Of a stretch of 64,000 bases of DNA, positions 1-8,147 are shown one piece after another. The notes below the pieces were generated by a model. That model made no database searches. It saw nothing but the letters and a program-made list of their open reading frames with translations, and was not told the origin of the DNA. Source of the stretch: a virus (lineage: Duplodnaviria; Caudoviricetes). The position numbers and the translations under genes are program-made. Position 1 is the stretch's first letter. Each line of letters begins with the position of its first letter. The stretch spans positions 1-64,000 of IMG/VR virus record IMGVR_UViG_3300014697_000001; one strand, written 5' to 3'.

Positions 1-90
1 TGGGCATTGCCCTGGCTCTATGCCCGATTCGAATTGACTGTAGTGATACATGATAGTCGTGAATAATCCAGTATCTAAAGGAGATACATC

Positions 91-1182
91 GTGGCAAAAT
101 TCATGAACGCTGAACTTATAGCCATTAGAGACTCACTCAGCTGTAACTGCTGTGGCACGGTATTTAAAGGGTCCGACTCCCAGGCATGGAAAGTCAAGTA
201 CGAAAAAGCCGCGGTTTACTGCTCTCGACAATGTCGTTCAACTGGCCACAGTAAGAAACTGAGTAAGCCGGTTCCGTTGGTTGGGAATTGTAGGCACTGT
301 AAAGCCGAGATATATTCGAGGAATAAAGACAAGCTCTACTGCTCGAGGGTATGTTACCATAGTTCTCGTCAGTTTACAGAAATGATCGAGAGTAACCTTG
401 AGGTGATAACAAACCATAGTCCAGTGAAGGCGGCTATAAGACAGTTAAACTTAGCCGTGGGCAATATAATCCTAGGCAAGGACCAGACCTTACTTGGACT
501 CCGTGCAAAGGGTTCTGGGGTACTCTTCGCTAAGACCTATAATCGAACAGGCAAAGTGGTACATTGTCTAAACTGTCAAAAGCCGAAATATGCGAGAGGG
601 AGCGACAAGAGAAAATACTGTAGTCATAAATGCTACATCGACTACCGGGCTAAACGCTTTGAGCGTTGGCGAGATAACCCACAACCATTAGTCGTCATAA
701 GCGACTACGAGGCGTTCCTAAATAGAGATGCATTGACGTGTATTGTTGAAGGATGTGACTGGTCAGGTAAGCACCTCTCCCTACATGTTAATCAGGTACA
801 CGGTATCACCGCGGAAGAATTCAAGAAGATGTTCGGGTTCAACCAATCGACAGGGGTTATAAGTAAGGAACTGTTTACCCGTTACAGTGCCAGAAGTCCA
901 GTCGGTGTGGCTCGGTTTCCAGAACTATGCGGACTTGAAAAAGCAATGGAATCTGTCAAGGGCGCGCCACGAAAACCACTCACCCCTCAAGCAGTTGAGA
1001 ATGCGTCAAAGGGACGCTTGAATACCACAGTGCCCAATCCAGTGAGGATCTGTACAGGTTGTGCATGTAGCTTTGAGCAGAGCACTCCATTTGGCAGAGC
1101 TAAGTACTGTACCAAGACCTGTCGCAAAGAACACTACTCGAAAAAATATAAGTATAAACCAAAGATACAGTCCCCACATTAA
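91..1182 (+). CDS. Multi-zinc-finger putative DNA-binding protein (four CxxC...YC(S/T)xxC repeats plus a MucR/Ros-like C2H2 finger)
   Basis: Motifs CNCC..YCSRQC, CRHC..YCSRVC, CLNC..YCSHKC, CTGC..YCTKTC, and CIVEGC..HLSLHVNQVHGITAEEFKKMFG; SD AAGGAG before the GTG. Confidence 0.6.
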   Translation: MAKFMNAELIAIRDSLSCNCCGTVFKGSDSQAWKVKYEKAAVYCSRQCRSTGHSKKLSKPVPLVGNCRHCKAEIYSRNKDKLYCSRVCYHSSRQFTEMIESNLEVITNHSPVKAAIRQLNLAVGNIILGKDQTLLGLRAKGSGVLFAKTYNRTGKVVHCLNCQKPKYARGSDKRKYCSHKCYIDYRAKRFERWRDNPQPLVVISDYEAFLNRDALTCIVEGCDWSGKHLSLHVNQVHGITAEEFKKMFGFNQSTGVISKELFTRYSARSPVGVARFPELCGLEKAMESVKGAPRKPLTPQAVENASKGRLNTTVPNPVRICTGCACSFEQSTPFGRAKYCTKTCRKEHYSKKYKYKPKIQSPH

Positions 1183-1226
1183 ACCTGTAAGCTCAATCCA
1201 CCTCCCCCGATCTAAGGAGATACACC

Positions 1227-1562
1227 ATGGCTAAGGTGAATAAAGCACTTCTCGTTAAACAGGTCATGCAGGTGGCCACAGGAGACAAAACAGCTTTCGA
1301 GTATATAGGTGAGGACTTTAAGAAGTTCCCTAATTTCAGGAAGGTCACCTTGACACGAAACCTGATTGGCTTCACTGTCGAGTTGGGTTCTGTCTTGTTT
1401 GCAGGTGAGGTCTATGCTGACTACAACGAGGTGATCAACTACATTGAAAATAACAAGGACACCATCCTTGACGGATATCGCGTGGAAATTGATCCGATCA
1501 ACAAAGACACTGCGCTGTTGAAATTCACTGTCGGTGATAAGAAAAGCCGAACCAAGACTTAA
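1227..1562 (+). CDS. hypothetical protein
   Basis: 111-aa ORF with SD TAAGGAG. Confidence 0.75.
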   Translation: MAKVNKALLVKQVMQVATGDKTAFEYIGEDFKKFPNFRKVTLTRNLIGFTVELGSVLFAGEVYADYNEVINYIENNKDTILDGYRVEIDPINKDTALLKFTVGDKKSRTKT

Positions 1563-1572
1563 GGAGTCTATC

Positions 1573-1959
1573 ATGTCAGTTATCAAGAACGGCCTTAACT
1601 ACGGCAACCTGGTCCAAGTGACTCTGGATGGGGTAGTCATCGTAGGTAGTCACGATTACTTTCGTTTCTACATCTTCAAGAACTCGGACTTCGTCTTCGA
1701 GCCGTATGAAGATCATTACTGCGAGTTGACCATTGAGTTGGAGACCCCCATGCAGCCGTACTTCTACGCACGGTGTCATGAGGACGTCGTCAAGGTGGCA
1801 AAGAAGCTCAGTGAGAGCCATCCGGCCCGTATCCAGGCGATGGCACGGATACTGGCCCGCTATGAGAAGGGGGAGCTTATAGGGGATGTACGGAGCCTTG
1901 AAGATTTCTATACGGGGCTCACCCCCGCACAGATCGCATCGCACCGTCTGATCCAGTGA
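1573..1959 (+). CDS. hypothetical protein
   Basis: ATG at 1573 follows AAGGAG; start trimmed from 1534. Confidence 0.7.
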   Translation: MSVIKNGLNYGNLVQVTLDGVVIVGSHDYFRFYIFKNSDFVFEPYEDHYCELTIELETPMQPYFYARCHEDVVKVAKKLSESHPARIQAMARILARYEKGELIGDVRSLEDFYTGLTPAQIASHRLIQ

Positions 1960-1994
1960 TGGGTCATACATCGTCGCTCTAACCTAGACAACAT

Positions 1995-2035
1995 AGAGAC
2001 TGACATCAGGCTATTACGGCCTGATGTCAGTCTCT
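1995..2035. terminator. 17-bp stem hairpin followed by a T-rich tract
   Basis: AGAGACTGACATCAGGC / GCCTGATGTCAGTCTCT; T-run at 2042-2058. Confidence 0.75.
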
Positions 2036-2119
2036 TGAGCGTTTTCTTTTTTTTCTTTGGTTAGGCTTGCGCTGGAATCATATGTGAGGTCCCCTATCCA
2101 CCGCATTGGCAGACTAATT

Positions 2120-2785
2120 ATGCAGGCATTACTCCTGGCCTCGGCCACCACCCGACTCAAGGGCCGTGCCCTAGCGTTACTAAACAGACAGTTGATCAAG
2201 GGCACTCCCGAACATGGTTACTACGGGGAATTTGCCGCTGCTGATGTCGCCACATCTGGTGAACTCGTAGCGGCTATTAACGGTCTGTCGGTGTCGATCA
2301 CCAACACAAACCCCGAATGGCTAGGGTTCTCCCTAAACGGCAAGTCAATGCTTGTGACCAAACGCCCAATCGGTCAAGTGACTTGGAACGAACTAAATGC
2401 CCGTGGTCTGGTGACTGGTAAAGAGATAACGATTAAAGGCAATCGATACATGATCAGACTGATGCGTGGAGCGGGCATTGACCCACTGCCCAGCGTGCCA
2501 GATCAGCTTGATCATCCATATTCTCACGGTTCTGAATGGAACAGATTGATGTACCACGTTGCTGCCACCGGAACCATGACGTCGGAGGACCTGACAACTG
2601 GAGACTGGGCACAGCTAACGAATGCTGAGCTTGGAATTACTACTGCCTGGGAAGATGGGACCTGGTGTCTGGAAATCGCAGGCGGTATAGCAGTCCAGCG
2701 TAGTGTTCTGGGTGACATCGGCCGATTCTACGGCAATTATCCTCACAACAACGCCATGTGGCGGCCTGTATTGGAACCTATCTAG
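2120..2785 (+). CDS. Putative virion tip/receptor-binding protein (GSEWNRL...WRPVLE family), paralogue of 43773 and 45130
   Basis: Shared motifs GYYGE, IKGNRYMIRLMRGA, GSEWNRLMY, WCLE, WRPVLE; ATG 2120 chosen because its N-terminus resembles the paralogues. Confidence 0.65.
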   Translation: MQALLLASATTRLKGRALALLNRQLIKGTPEHGYYGEFAAADVATSGELVAAINGLSVSITNTNPEWLGFSLNGKSMLVTKRPIGQVTWNELNARGLVTGKEITIKGNRYMIRLMRGAGIDPLPSVPDQLDHPYSHGSEWNRLMYHVAATGTMTSEDLTTGDWAQLTNAELGITTAWEDGTWCLEIAGGIAVQRSVLGDIGRFYGNYPHNNAMWRPVLEPI

Positions 2786-2794
2786 TCGACATAG

Positions 2795-2832
2795 AGACTG
2801 ACACCTGGACCGTCAAGTCCAGGTGTCAGTCT
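2795..2832. terminator. 16-bp stem hairpin, sequence-related to the 1995-2035 hairpin
   Basis: AGACTGACACCTGGAC / GTCCAGGTGTCAGTCT. Confidence 0.75.
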
Positions 2833-2839
2833 TCTGTGT

Positions 2840-2968
2840 TTATGCATACTCGACAGTCAGGTCGTCTATGTACATAGGGCTATAGGAAAACCCGCCACGC
2901 CCCCCAATATACACATACAGCATGTCCTCATCAATCGGCGTAGCAAAGGTCTTCTTCAAGACACTAAC
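2840..2968 (-). pseudogene. Orphan 3' end of a beta-sandwich/lectin-like gene
   Basis: Open frame VSVLKKTFATPIDEDMLYVYIGGRGGFSYSPMYIDDLTVEYA* lying between two hairpins, with no credible 5' start/RBS. Confidence 0.45.
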
Positions 2969-2983
2969 GGGGCCGAAGCCCCG
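2968..2983 (-). terminator. C(UUCG)G hairpin downstream of the polymerase gene
   Basis: CGGGGC-TTCG-GCCCCG on the minus strand. Confidence 0.6.
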
Positions 2984-2990
2984 CCTATGA

Positions 2991-4754
2991 TCAGACCACT
3001 GAACTCAGCCGAAGGGCTTTCTGTCCAGCAGTCTCCTCACCGCCTAACTCCTTCTCGAACGCATCCAGCAGTTGCCACGGATCAGGGGCTTTCATCGTCC
3101 CTGTCATGATCTCGATGGCGTTCACCGGACCACCTGTCAAGTTAATTCCCACCAAGCGCTGGTCGCTGGCTGTAACCCCCGCAATACGCCCCACCTCATA
3201 CATCGTGGTCATCTTCGAGAGGTTCATGATTACTTCGCCTGTCGGGTATGTCGAACCGATGTCAGCGTCCGAGGTGTACCGTCTAACGAAGCTCCTCACC
3301 GAAGGCAAGTCCTTGATCATGTACGAGCCATTCGGGACTACGGCATGGGTCGGTAACGTAACGATCCAATCTGCAATAGATAGCAGGCAACTGTCCAGCT
3401 CAGTGATCATCTGATCCGATAGTGTCCCAGCCATCATCCCTTCTTTGAGCATGTCAAAGTAGAAGGCATTGACGTTACGCTTCGGGTTGGAGTTGAAGAT
3501 GTTGTACTCCGAACTCCCCGACAGAATCCCGATCTGGGTGTTGAGGTCGGTGACCTTCTCATCCAGCAGCTCCACACCCAAGCAGTCATACACGTTATAG
3601 ATCACGTAGTTGACTTTGTAGTGCTTTTGCATCTGCATGTGCCATTCGGCACTACCTGGCGAGGCTGTCGAATCGCCGGTTGGGAAGTACAGCTTACCGA
3701 AGTCTTCACCGAGGTTCTTCTTGAGGATCTTGTCCAACGCGTAGCTAGGCTCCTTACCCTTGGCGCGTCGAATGTTGCGGTACACTGCCGCCGAGTCGAT
3801 CCAGAAGTGCGATGAGGGTGTCTCCACCACGTGCCAGCGGTCATACCAGGCCAGGTTCTCAGACTTACCGTCCGCTTTGACCTTCTGGTCGGGACCGCGC
3901 TTGTAGCGGAAGAAACGAAACTCAGGTGGCACTTCCGGAGCACTGAAGACATCGGCGAGGTTGTACCCAGACCGCTCCAGTTCACGGATCATGACGGTCA
4001 TGTCGAAGTCCATGTTCCAGAAACTGACAAAGTCTGGCATCCATTCATGACAACGGTCGATGCACGTCTTGACCATCTCACCGCCCGACTTCAGGATCTT
4101 GATCTCGAACTCAATGCCGCGTGGTCGAGTGATATGACCCAGATGTTTGTCCAGAGCCTCGAGGATGGTGTTGACTGGATCAGGGATGCCTTCAATCCAG
4201 GTATCGAGGATGGTGATAATCGCCTTCTTCTTGAAGGTCACGGTCGAGATAATGACATCCTTACCGTCACCATTCCACATGTCGGTCTCGGTATCGAGTA
4301 CAGCCACCTGGTTAGAATGGAACAGCCCTGGCCACTTATCCATGTACTGCTGCTTGATAAGCGTTGCGGGGGTGATATCGGCCCCGTAGATGTACTGGTT
4401 ACGGCACAGGGTGCGCAAACCTTGCTTAGGATTACCATACCCAAGCCGACGGACAATCTGCTGATTCAGCTCACGCTGGGTGCTTTCACAAAGCACCAGC
4501 TTATCCAGATACTCGACTTCTTTCTTGTCGGTGTGGTTGCGGTACTTTTCCTTGGTGATGCCAAAAGGTCGCAGACGATTCTTGTAGAACCTCAGGCGAG
4601 GGACCTTGCGGCCATCTTTCAGGTGAACCAGTTCCTTTACAGTGAGCAGGTCATCGGTGTCATTCAAGGCACTGGGGGTGTAGACAGCATGCTTGCACTC
4701 GAGACCGAGTACTTCCTCTTTATCGAACAGAGGGGCTTTACTTACTGTAGTCAT
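2991..4754 (-). CDS. Family-B DNA polymerase N-terminal half (3'-5' exonuclease plus palm motif A), split phiKZ-type polymerase
   Basis: ExoI LDTETD, ExoII WNMDFD, ExoIII YNVYD, motif A DADIGSTYP; no motif B or C. Confidence 0.85.
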   Translation of the reverse strand: MTTVSKAPLFDKEEVLGLECKHAVYTPSALNDTDDLLTVKELVHLKDGRKVPRLRFYKNRLRPFGITKEKYRNHTDKKEVEYLDKLVLCESTQRELNQQIVRRLGYGNPKQGLRTLCRNQYIYGADITPATLIKQQYMDKWPGLFHSNQVAVLDTETDMWNGDGKDVIISTVTFKKKAIITILDTWIEGIPDPVNTILEALDKHLGHITRPRGIEFEIKILKSGGEMVKTCIDRCHEWMPDFVSFWNMDFDMTVMIRELERSGYNLADVFSAPEVPPEFRFFRYKRGPDQKVKADGKSENLAWYDRWHVVETPSSHFWIDSAAVYRNIRRAKGKEPSYALDKILKKNLGEDFGKLYFPTGDSTASPGSAEWHMQMQKHYKVNYVIYNVYDCLGVELLDEKVTDLNTQIGILSGSSEYNIFNSNPKRNVNAFYFDMLKEGMMAGTLSDQMITELDSCLLSIADWIVTLPTHAVVPNGSYMIKDLPSVRSFVRRYTSDADIGSTYPTGEVIMNLSKMTTMYEVGRIAGVTASDQRLVGINLTGGPVNAIEIMTGTMKAPDPWQLLDAFEKELGGEETAGQKALRLSSVV

Positions 4755-4878
4755 GGGTCAGTCCTACTTATACGGATCGGAGGGTTCAAGTCCTCTAGGC
4801 AAATGGATATAACGATGGAGTAACAATTTACGCTAAATGGTATGATCGTTACTCACCGCCCGGACGCGCAAACGGACT

Positions 4879-6246
4879 ATGACCATGAACAAAGTACTTA
4901 TCGCCTCGATGGAAGCGATCGATTTTCAACGAGATTCCATTTTTATCAAGGAACTCGCCCTGCAGTTTGCCACTGCCCGAAAGGACCCGTCGAAAGACAA
5001 CCTCATTAAGGTCGAACAGGCCATCAACGGCATTGTCAAGCGCACTGTCGGCATGACGATCAAGTTTCATTTCGTCAAGACGGGTGGCATTGATGCCTAT
5101 GTCATATGTGCCTCCACCGATGGAGCACATGCCATGAACCCAGACCGTGTCGTGGAGCGTCTTTCGACGTTCTCAGGTCCGGTGTCGGAAAAAGAACTGT
5201 TCAAAGGTGAGATTAACCTTGCCAAGGGCACTGTCAATGGGATTCTCGGCGAACTGCCGATGGATGTCGGCTTTGCCATTGAGTTCCTGACCCTTCCCAG
5301 TATGCAGCATGTGACACCTGAGGAAATGGCGGCCGTCGCCCTGCACGAATTCGGTCATGCGTTTTACTTCCTACGGTATCTGGGCAAGATGGTCGTCTCG
5401 AACGTCGTGGTCTCCGAGATTGTCAAGAAGCAGCAAGAAGGCGCACCCTCCTCCGAGATCGTCGAGGTGGTTAAGGTCGCCGAGAAGAAGACGGGCTATC
5501 GCCTGAAGGATCTTAAGACCGTTGATCAGTCAACCGACCCTGTCGTTATCCAGCAAATCGTCCTGGCCTCGACCATCGACAGCATTCGCTCGGAACTGGG
5601 GACGAAGTTCTACGACATTCGCACCTTTGAATTTGCTGCCGACCAGTTCGTGGCCCGTCACGGCGGTGCATCGCTCATCGTATCTGCACTCGATAAAATG
5701 AACCGCGCATATGCCAAGTACACCCCCGAATACCGCAGTGGCTATGACAACCTCATGATGTCGCTGACCAGTTACATGAAGATGTTTATCTCACTCAGTT
5801 GGAGGAGCATCGTGGCTGTGGGTTCGGGTGTCGGGGTATATGCCGCCACTGCATCGGTCGTGGGTTCTCTCGTTGTGGCAGTTCCGCTGATGGCTTACGG
5901 CGTCTACAAGGTTGCCTCTCGTTTCTGGGGTCAACTCGATGAAGGGATCTATGACCCCATCCCCAAGCGCTTTGAAGCCATGCGTCGGGAGTTGATTGCT
6001 TCCTCGAAAGCGGACTTCCTGACAACCGTTCAGCGTGCCGACATCATTCGTCAGATCGACGACATCGATAAGATCTTGGGTGACCTTACCAAGCTTACCG
6101 ACTTCGGTCCTGACATGATCCGTCCGTGGCTAGACAGAATCTTCACAGGCAAGAACACCGAACAGAAATTCCAACTCAAGCTCGAGAATCTGGTCAACAA
6201 CCGGCTCTTCGAACTCTCCAACAAACTCCAAACCAAAACGGTATAA
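4879..6246 (+). CDS. Virion protein with a zincin metallopeptidase motif
   Basis: LHEFGH plus a downstream EFAADQF; hydrophobic segment; N-terminal ASME motif; sits in the structural block. Confidence 0.7.
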   Translation: MTMNKVLIASMEAIDFQRDSIFIKELALQFATARKDPSKDNLIKVEQAINGIVKRTVGMTIKFHFVKTGGIDAYVICASTDGAHAMNPDRVVERLSTFSGPVSEKELFKGEINLAKGTVNGILGELPMDVGFAIEFLTLPSMQHVTPEEMAAVALHEFGHAFYFLRYLGKMVVSNVVVSEIVKKQQEGAPSSEIVEVVKVAEKKTGYRLKDLKTVDQSTDPVVIQQIVLASTIDSIRSELGTKFYDIRTFEFAADQFVARHGGASLIVSALDKMNRAYAKYTPEYRSGYDNLMMSLTSYMKMFISLSWRSIVAVGSGVGVYAATASVVGSLVVAVPLMAYGVYKVASRFWGQLDEGIYDPIPKRFEAMRRELIASSKADFLTTVQRADIIRQIDDIDKILGDLTKLTDFGPDMIRPWLDRIFTGKNTEQKFQLKLENLVNNRLFELSNKLQTKTV

Positions 6247-6681
6247 GTGATGAAAATCCAACGCCTGCTCCAACTCCTCGAGTGTGTCGACAACGCCGCC
6301 CTGAAGAAGCCTTTCCTTGAGGCAGCCCTTGCCATCGAACTGGCTTACCAATTCGAACTCCCCAATGCCAAAGTCGACTCGGTAATCGGTTACTTCGAAC
6401 AGTTCCATGCCGAGAACGCCAAGCGTGTGATCGCCGAAGTCAACGAACTGTATCCGTTCTCTGTCAACGTGACGTACAACATGGCCGTCGACGCGTACAA
6501 GAACCGTTACACGCTGTGCTTCGAGCCGCGCCTACTCACCAGCCAGGACATCGCAGCCCAACTCGCCCGCCCAGCCTTTGAAGCCTCGGTGGACAAGCTT
6601 CACCTCGAAGCCATTGGCGGCAAATACGGCTCCATGCTTCGCAGTGACCTGTCGGACTTCATCCGCCGCTTCGTCGTTTAA
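6247..6681 (+). CDS. putative virion protein
   Basis: 144 aa, abuts the preceding gene in the structural operon. Confidence 0.7.
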   Translation: MMKIQRLLQLLECVDNAALKKPFLEAALAIELAYQFELPNAKVDSVIGYFEQFHAENAKRVIAEVNELYPFSVNVTYNMAVDAYKNRYTLCFEPRLLTSQDIAAQLARPAFEASVDKLHLEAIGGKYGSMLRSDLSDFIRRFVV

Positions 6682-6736
6682 CCCACTCACACCAGAGGAG
6701 TGTCTATAGACACTCCTCGCCTATGAGGATTACCTG

Positions 6737-8104
6737 ATGACCCTGATTAATGACAGTGGCGCTATCGTTGACCCCGCTGAGCTGGCCGCAGCCCTGGACA
6801 TGACGCCGGAGCAGATCGAAGCCGAAGACGCCCAGATCATGTCCGCCTCGCTGGAAGACCTTCTGGATGCCATCTCCACACAGGTTGAGACGGCCGAACA
6901 GGAAGAGCTCCCGCTTGACCACCTCGAGCCCGCCATGGAGTCGATCCTGAACGTCGTTTCCGACATCCAGGCTTCGGGCGCCATCTCGCGTTCGGATGCA
7001 CAGACCCTGCGCCAGATGACAGCTTCTCTGGAAAGCTTTGAAGGTACCTTCGACAAACTGCCCATCAACTCTTTCACCGAAATGCCTTCGAAAGTCAACT
7101 TCGAACCGGCGATGGAAAGTATGCTTGGCAACCTTGGTCGCAAGTTGATAGAGATCATCAAGGCCATCGTCAAATGGATCAAGGACAAGGCGAAGGCCTT
7201 TGTCGGCCTGTTCCGTAACAACCGGGTGAAAGCCAAGCAGACTGAAGAAGCGGCCAAAAAGGTCAGCGAGGGTCTGGATGCTTCAGCCAAGGCCCAGGCG
7301 AGTGCCAACTGGGATGAGATCATCAGCAACTATGCACAATCCGGTAAGAACATTCAGGACACCCTGGATGCCATGAAGGCTAATCAGTCCGAGTGGGATA
7401 AGTTGCGCTCCAAGCTGGGCGAGAACAACATGAACAGCTGGGCGAAAGGTGCTGGCAGTCGGGCATCCATGAGCAAAGTCCAATTGGACCTGCCCATGCT
7501 CGCTACTGCGGTGGCCGGAGAAGGTCGAGCGCGAAACCTGAGCGTTATCACGGTCTCTCTGAACACCCTCGCATTCTCGATGCAGTTCAAAGGCGAGGCT
7601 CCACCTGCAACAGCAGTTGAGCAGATCATCCGGCTGGATAAGGCACTGTTTGAAGACGGCCATATCGAAAAACCAGAAGTGACTGTTGGCGGGTGTGCTA
7701 AAGCACTTCGTCAGATCGTCACCCGACTCAACAACGAAGCGGCTGACATCGACATCCTCACGGTGGAAAACCCTGAGCGTGAGGTGGATCTGATCATCAC
7801 CACATTCAACAGGGCAGGTATGTCCAAGTTGGCTGACCAGCTGGTCAAGCCTCTGACGACGGTTCCTCAGAACTGCGCCGCTGAATCTGAAAAACTGCAG
7901 CGTGAGATCGAGGCCGATCAGCAGAAGGGTATGGCGATCGCTCAGAACGATCCTCGCGTACTCAAGATTCGGGAAAACCAGGAAAAGGCCAAGATCTGCG
8001 AGGACATCGATGCGGTGTATCGTGCGGTCATGAACGCCTACGCCAAGGTGACTCGGATCGGCGCCAGCTTGGCGAAGAACCCCGCTTCGGTTAAAGTGGC
8101 ATAA
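6737..8104 (+). CDS. Internal head (ejection/inner-body-type) protein
   Basis: Acidic N-terminus with SLE/AME motifs followed by the amphipathic segment LIEIIKAIVKWIKDK, as in phiKZ-like inner head proteins. Confidence 0.7.
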   Translation: MTLINDSGAIVDPAELAAALDMTPEQIEAEDAQIMSASLEDLLDAISTQVETAEQEELPLDHLEPAMESILNVVSDIQASGAISRSDAQTLRQMTASLESFEGTFDKLPINSFTEMPSKVNFEPAMESMLGNLGRKLIEIIKAIVKWIKDKAKAFVGLFRNNRVKAKQTEEAAKKVSEGLDASAKAQASANWDEIISNYAQSGKNIQDTLDAMKANQSEWDKLRSKLGENNMNSWAKGAGSRASMSKVQLDLPMLATAVAGEGRARNLSVITVSLNTLAFSMQFKGEAPPATAVEQIIRLDKALFEDGHIEKPEVTVGGCAKALRQIVTRLNNEAADIDILTVENPEREVDLIITTFNRAGMSKLADQLVKPLTTVPQNCAAESEKLQREIEADQQKGMAIAQNDPRVLKIRENQEKAKICEDIDAVYRAVMNAYAKVTRIGASLAKNPASVKVA

Positions 8105-8115
8105 GAGCCAACATA

Positions 8116-8147
8116 AGAGAGCAGCCCGAGGGCTGCTCTCTATGCCG
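8116..8147. terminator. Bidirectional hairpin between convergent genes, with a TATGCCG tail
   Basis: AGAGAGCAGCC-CGAG-GGCTGCTCTCT. Confidence 0.8.

Noticed and set aside
4779-4796. GGTTCAAGTCC, resembling a tRNA T-loop
   Set aside because: The T-stem is imperfect and I could not build a cloverleaf, acceptor stem or CCA end.
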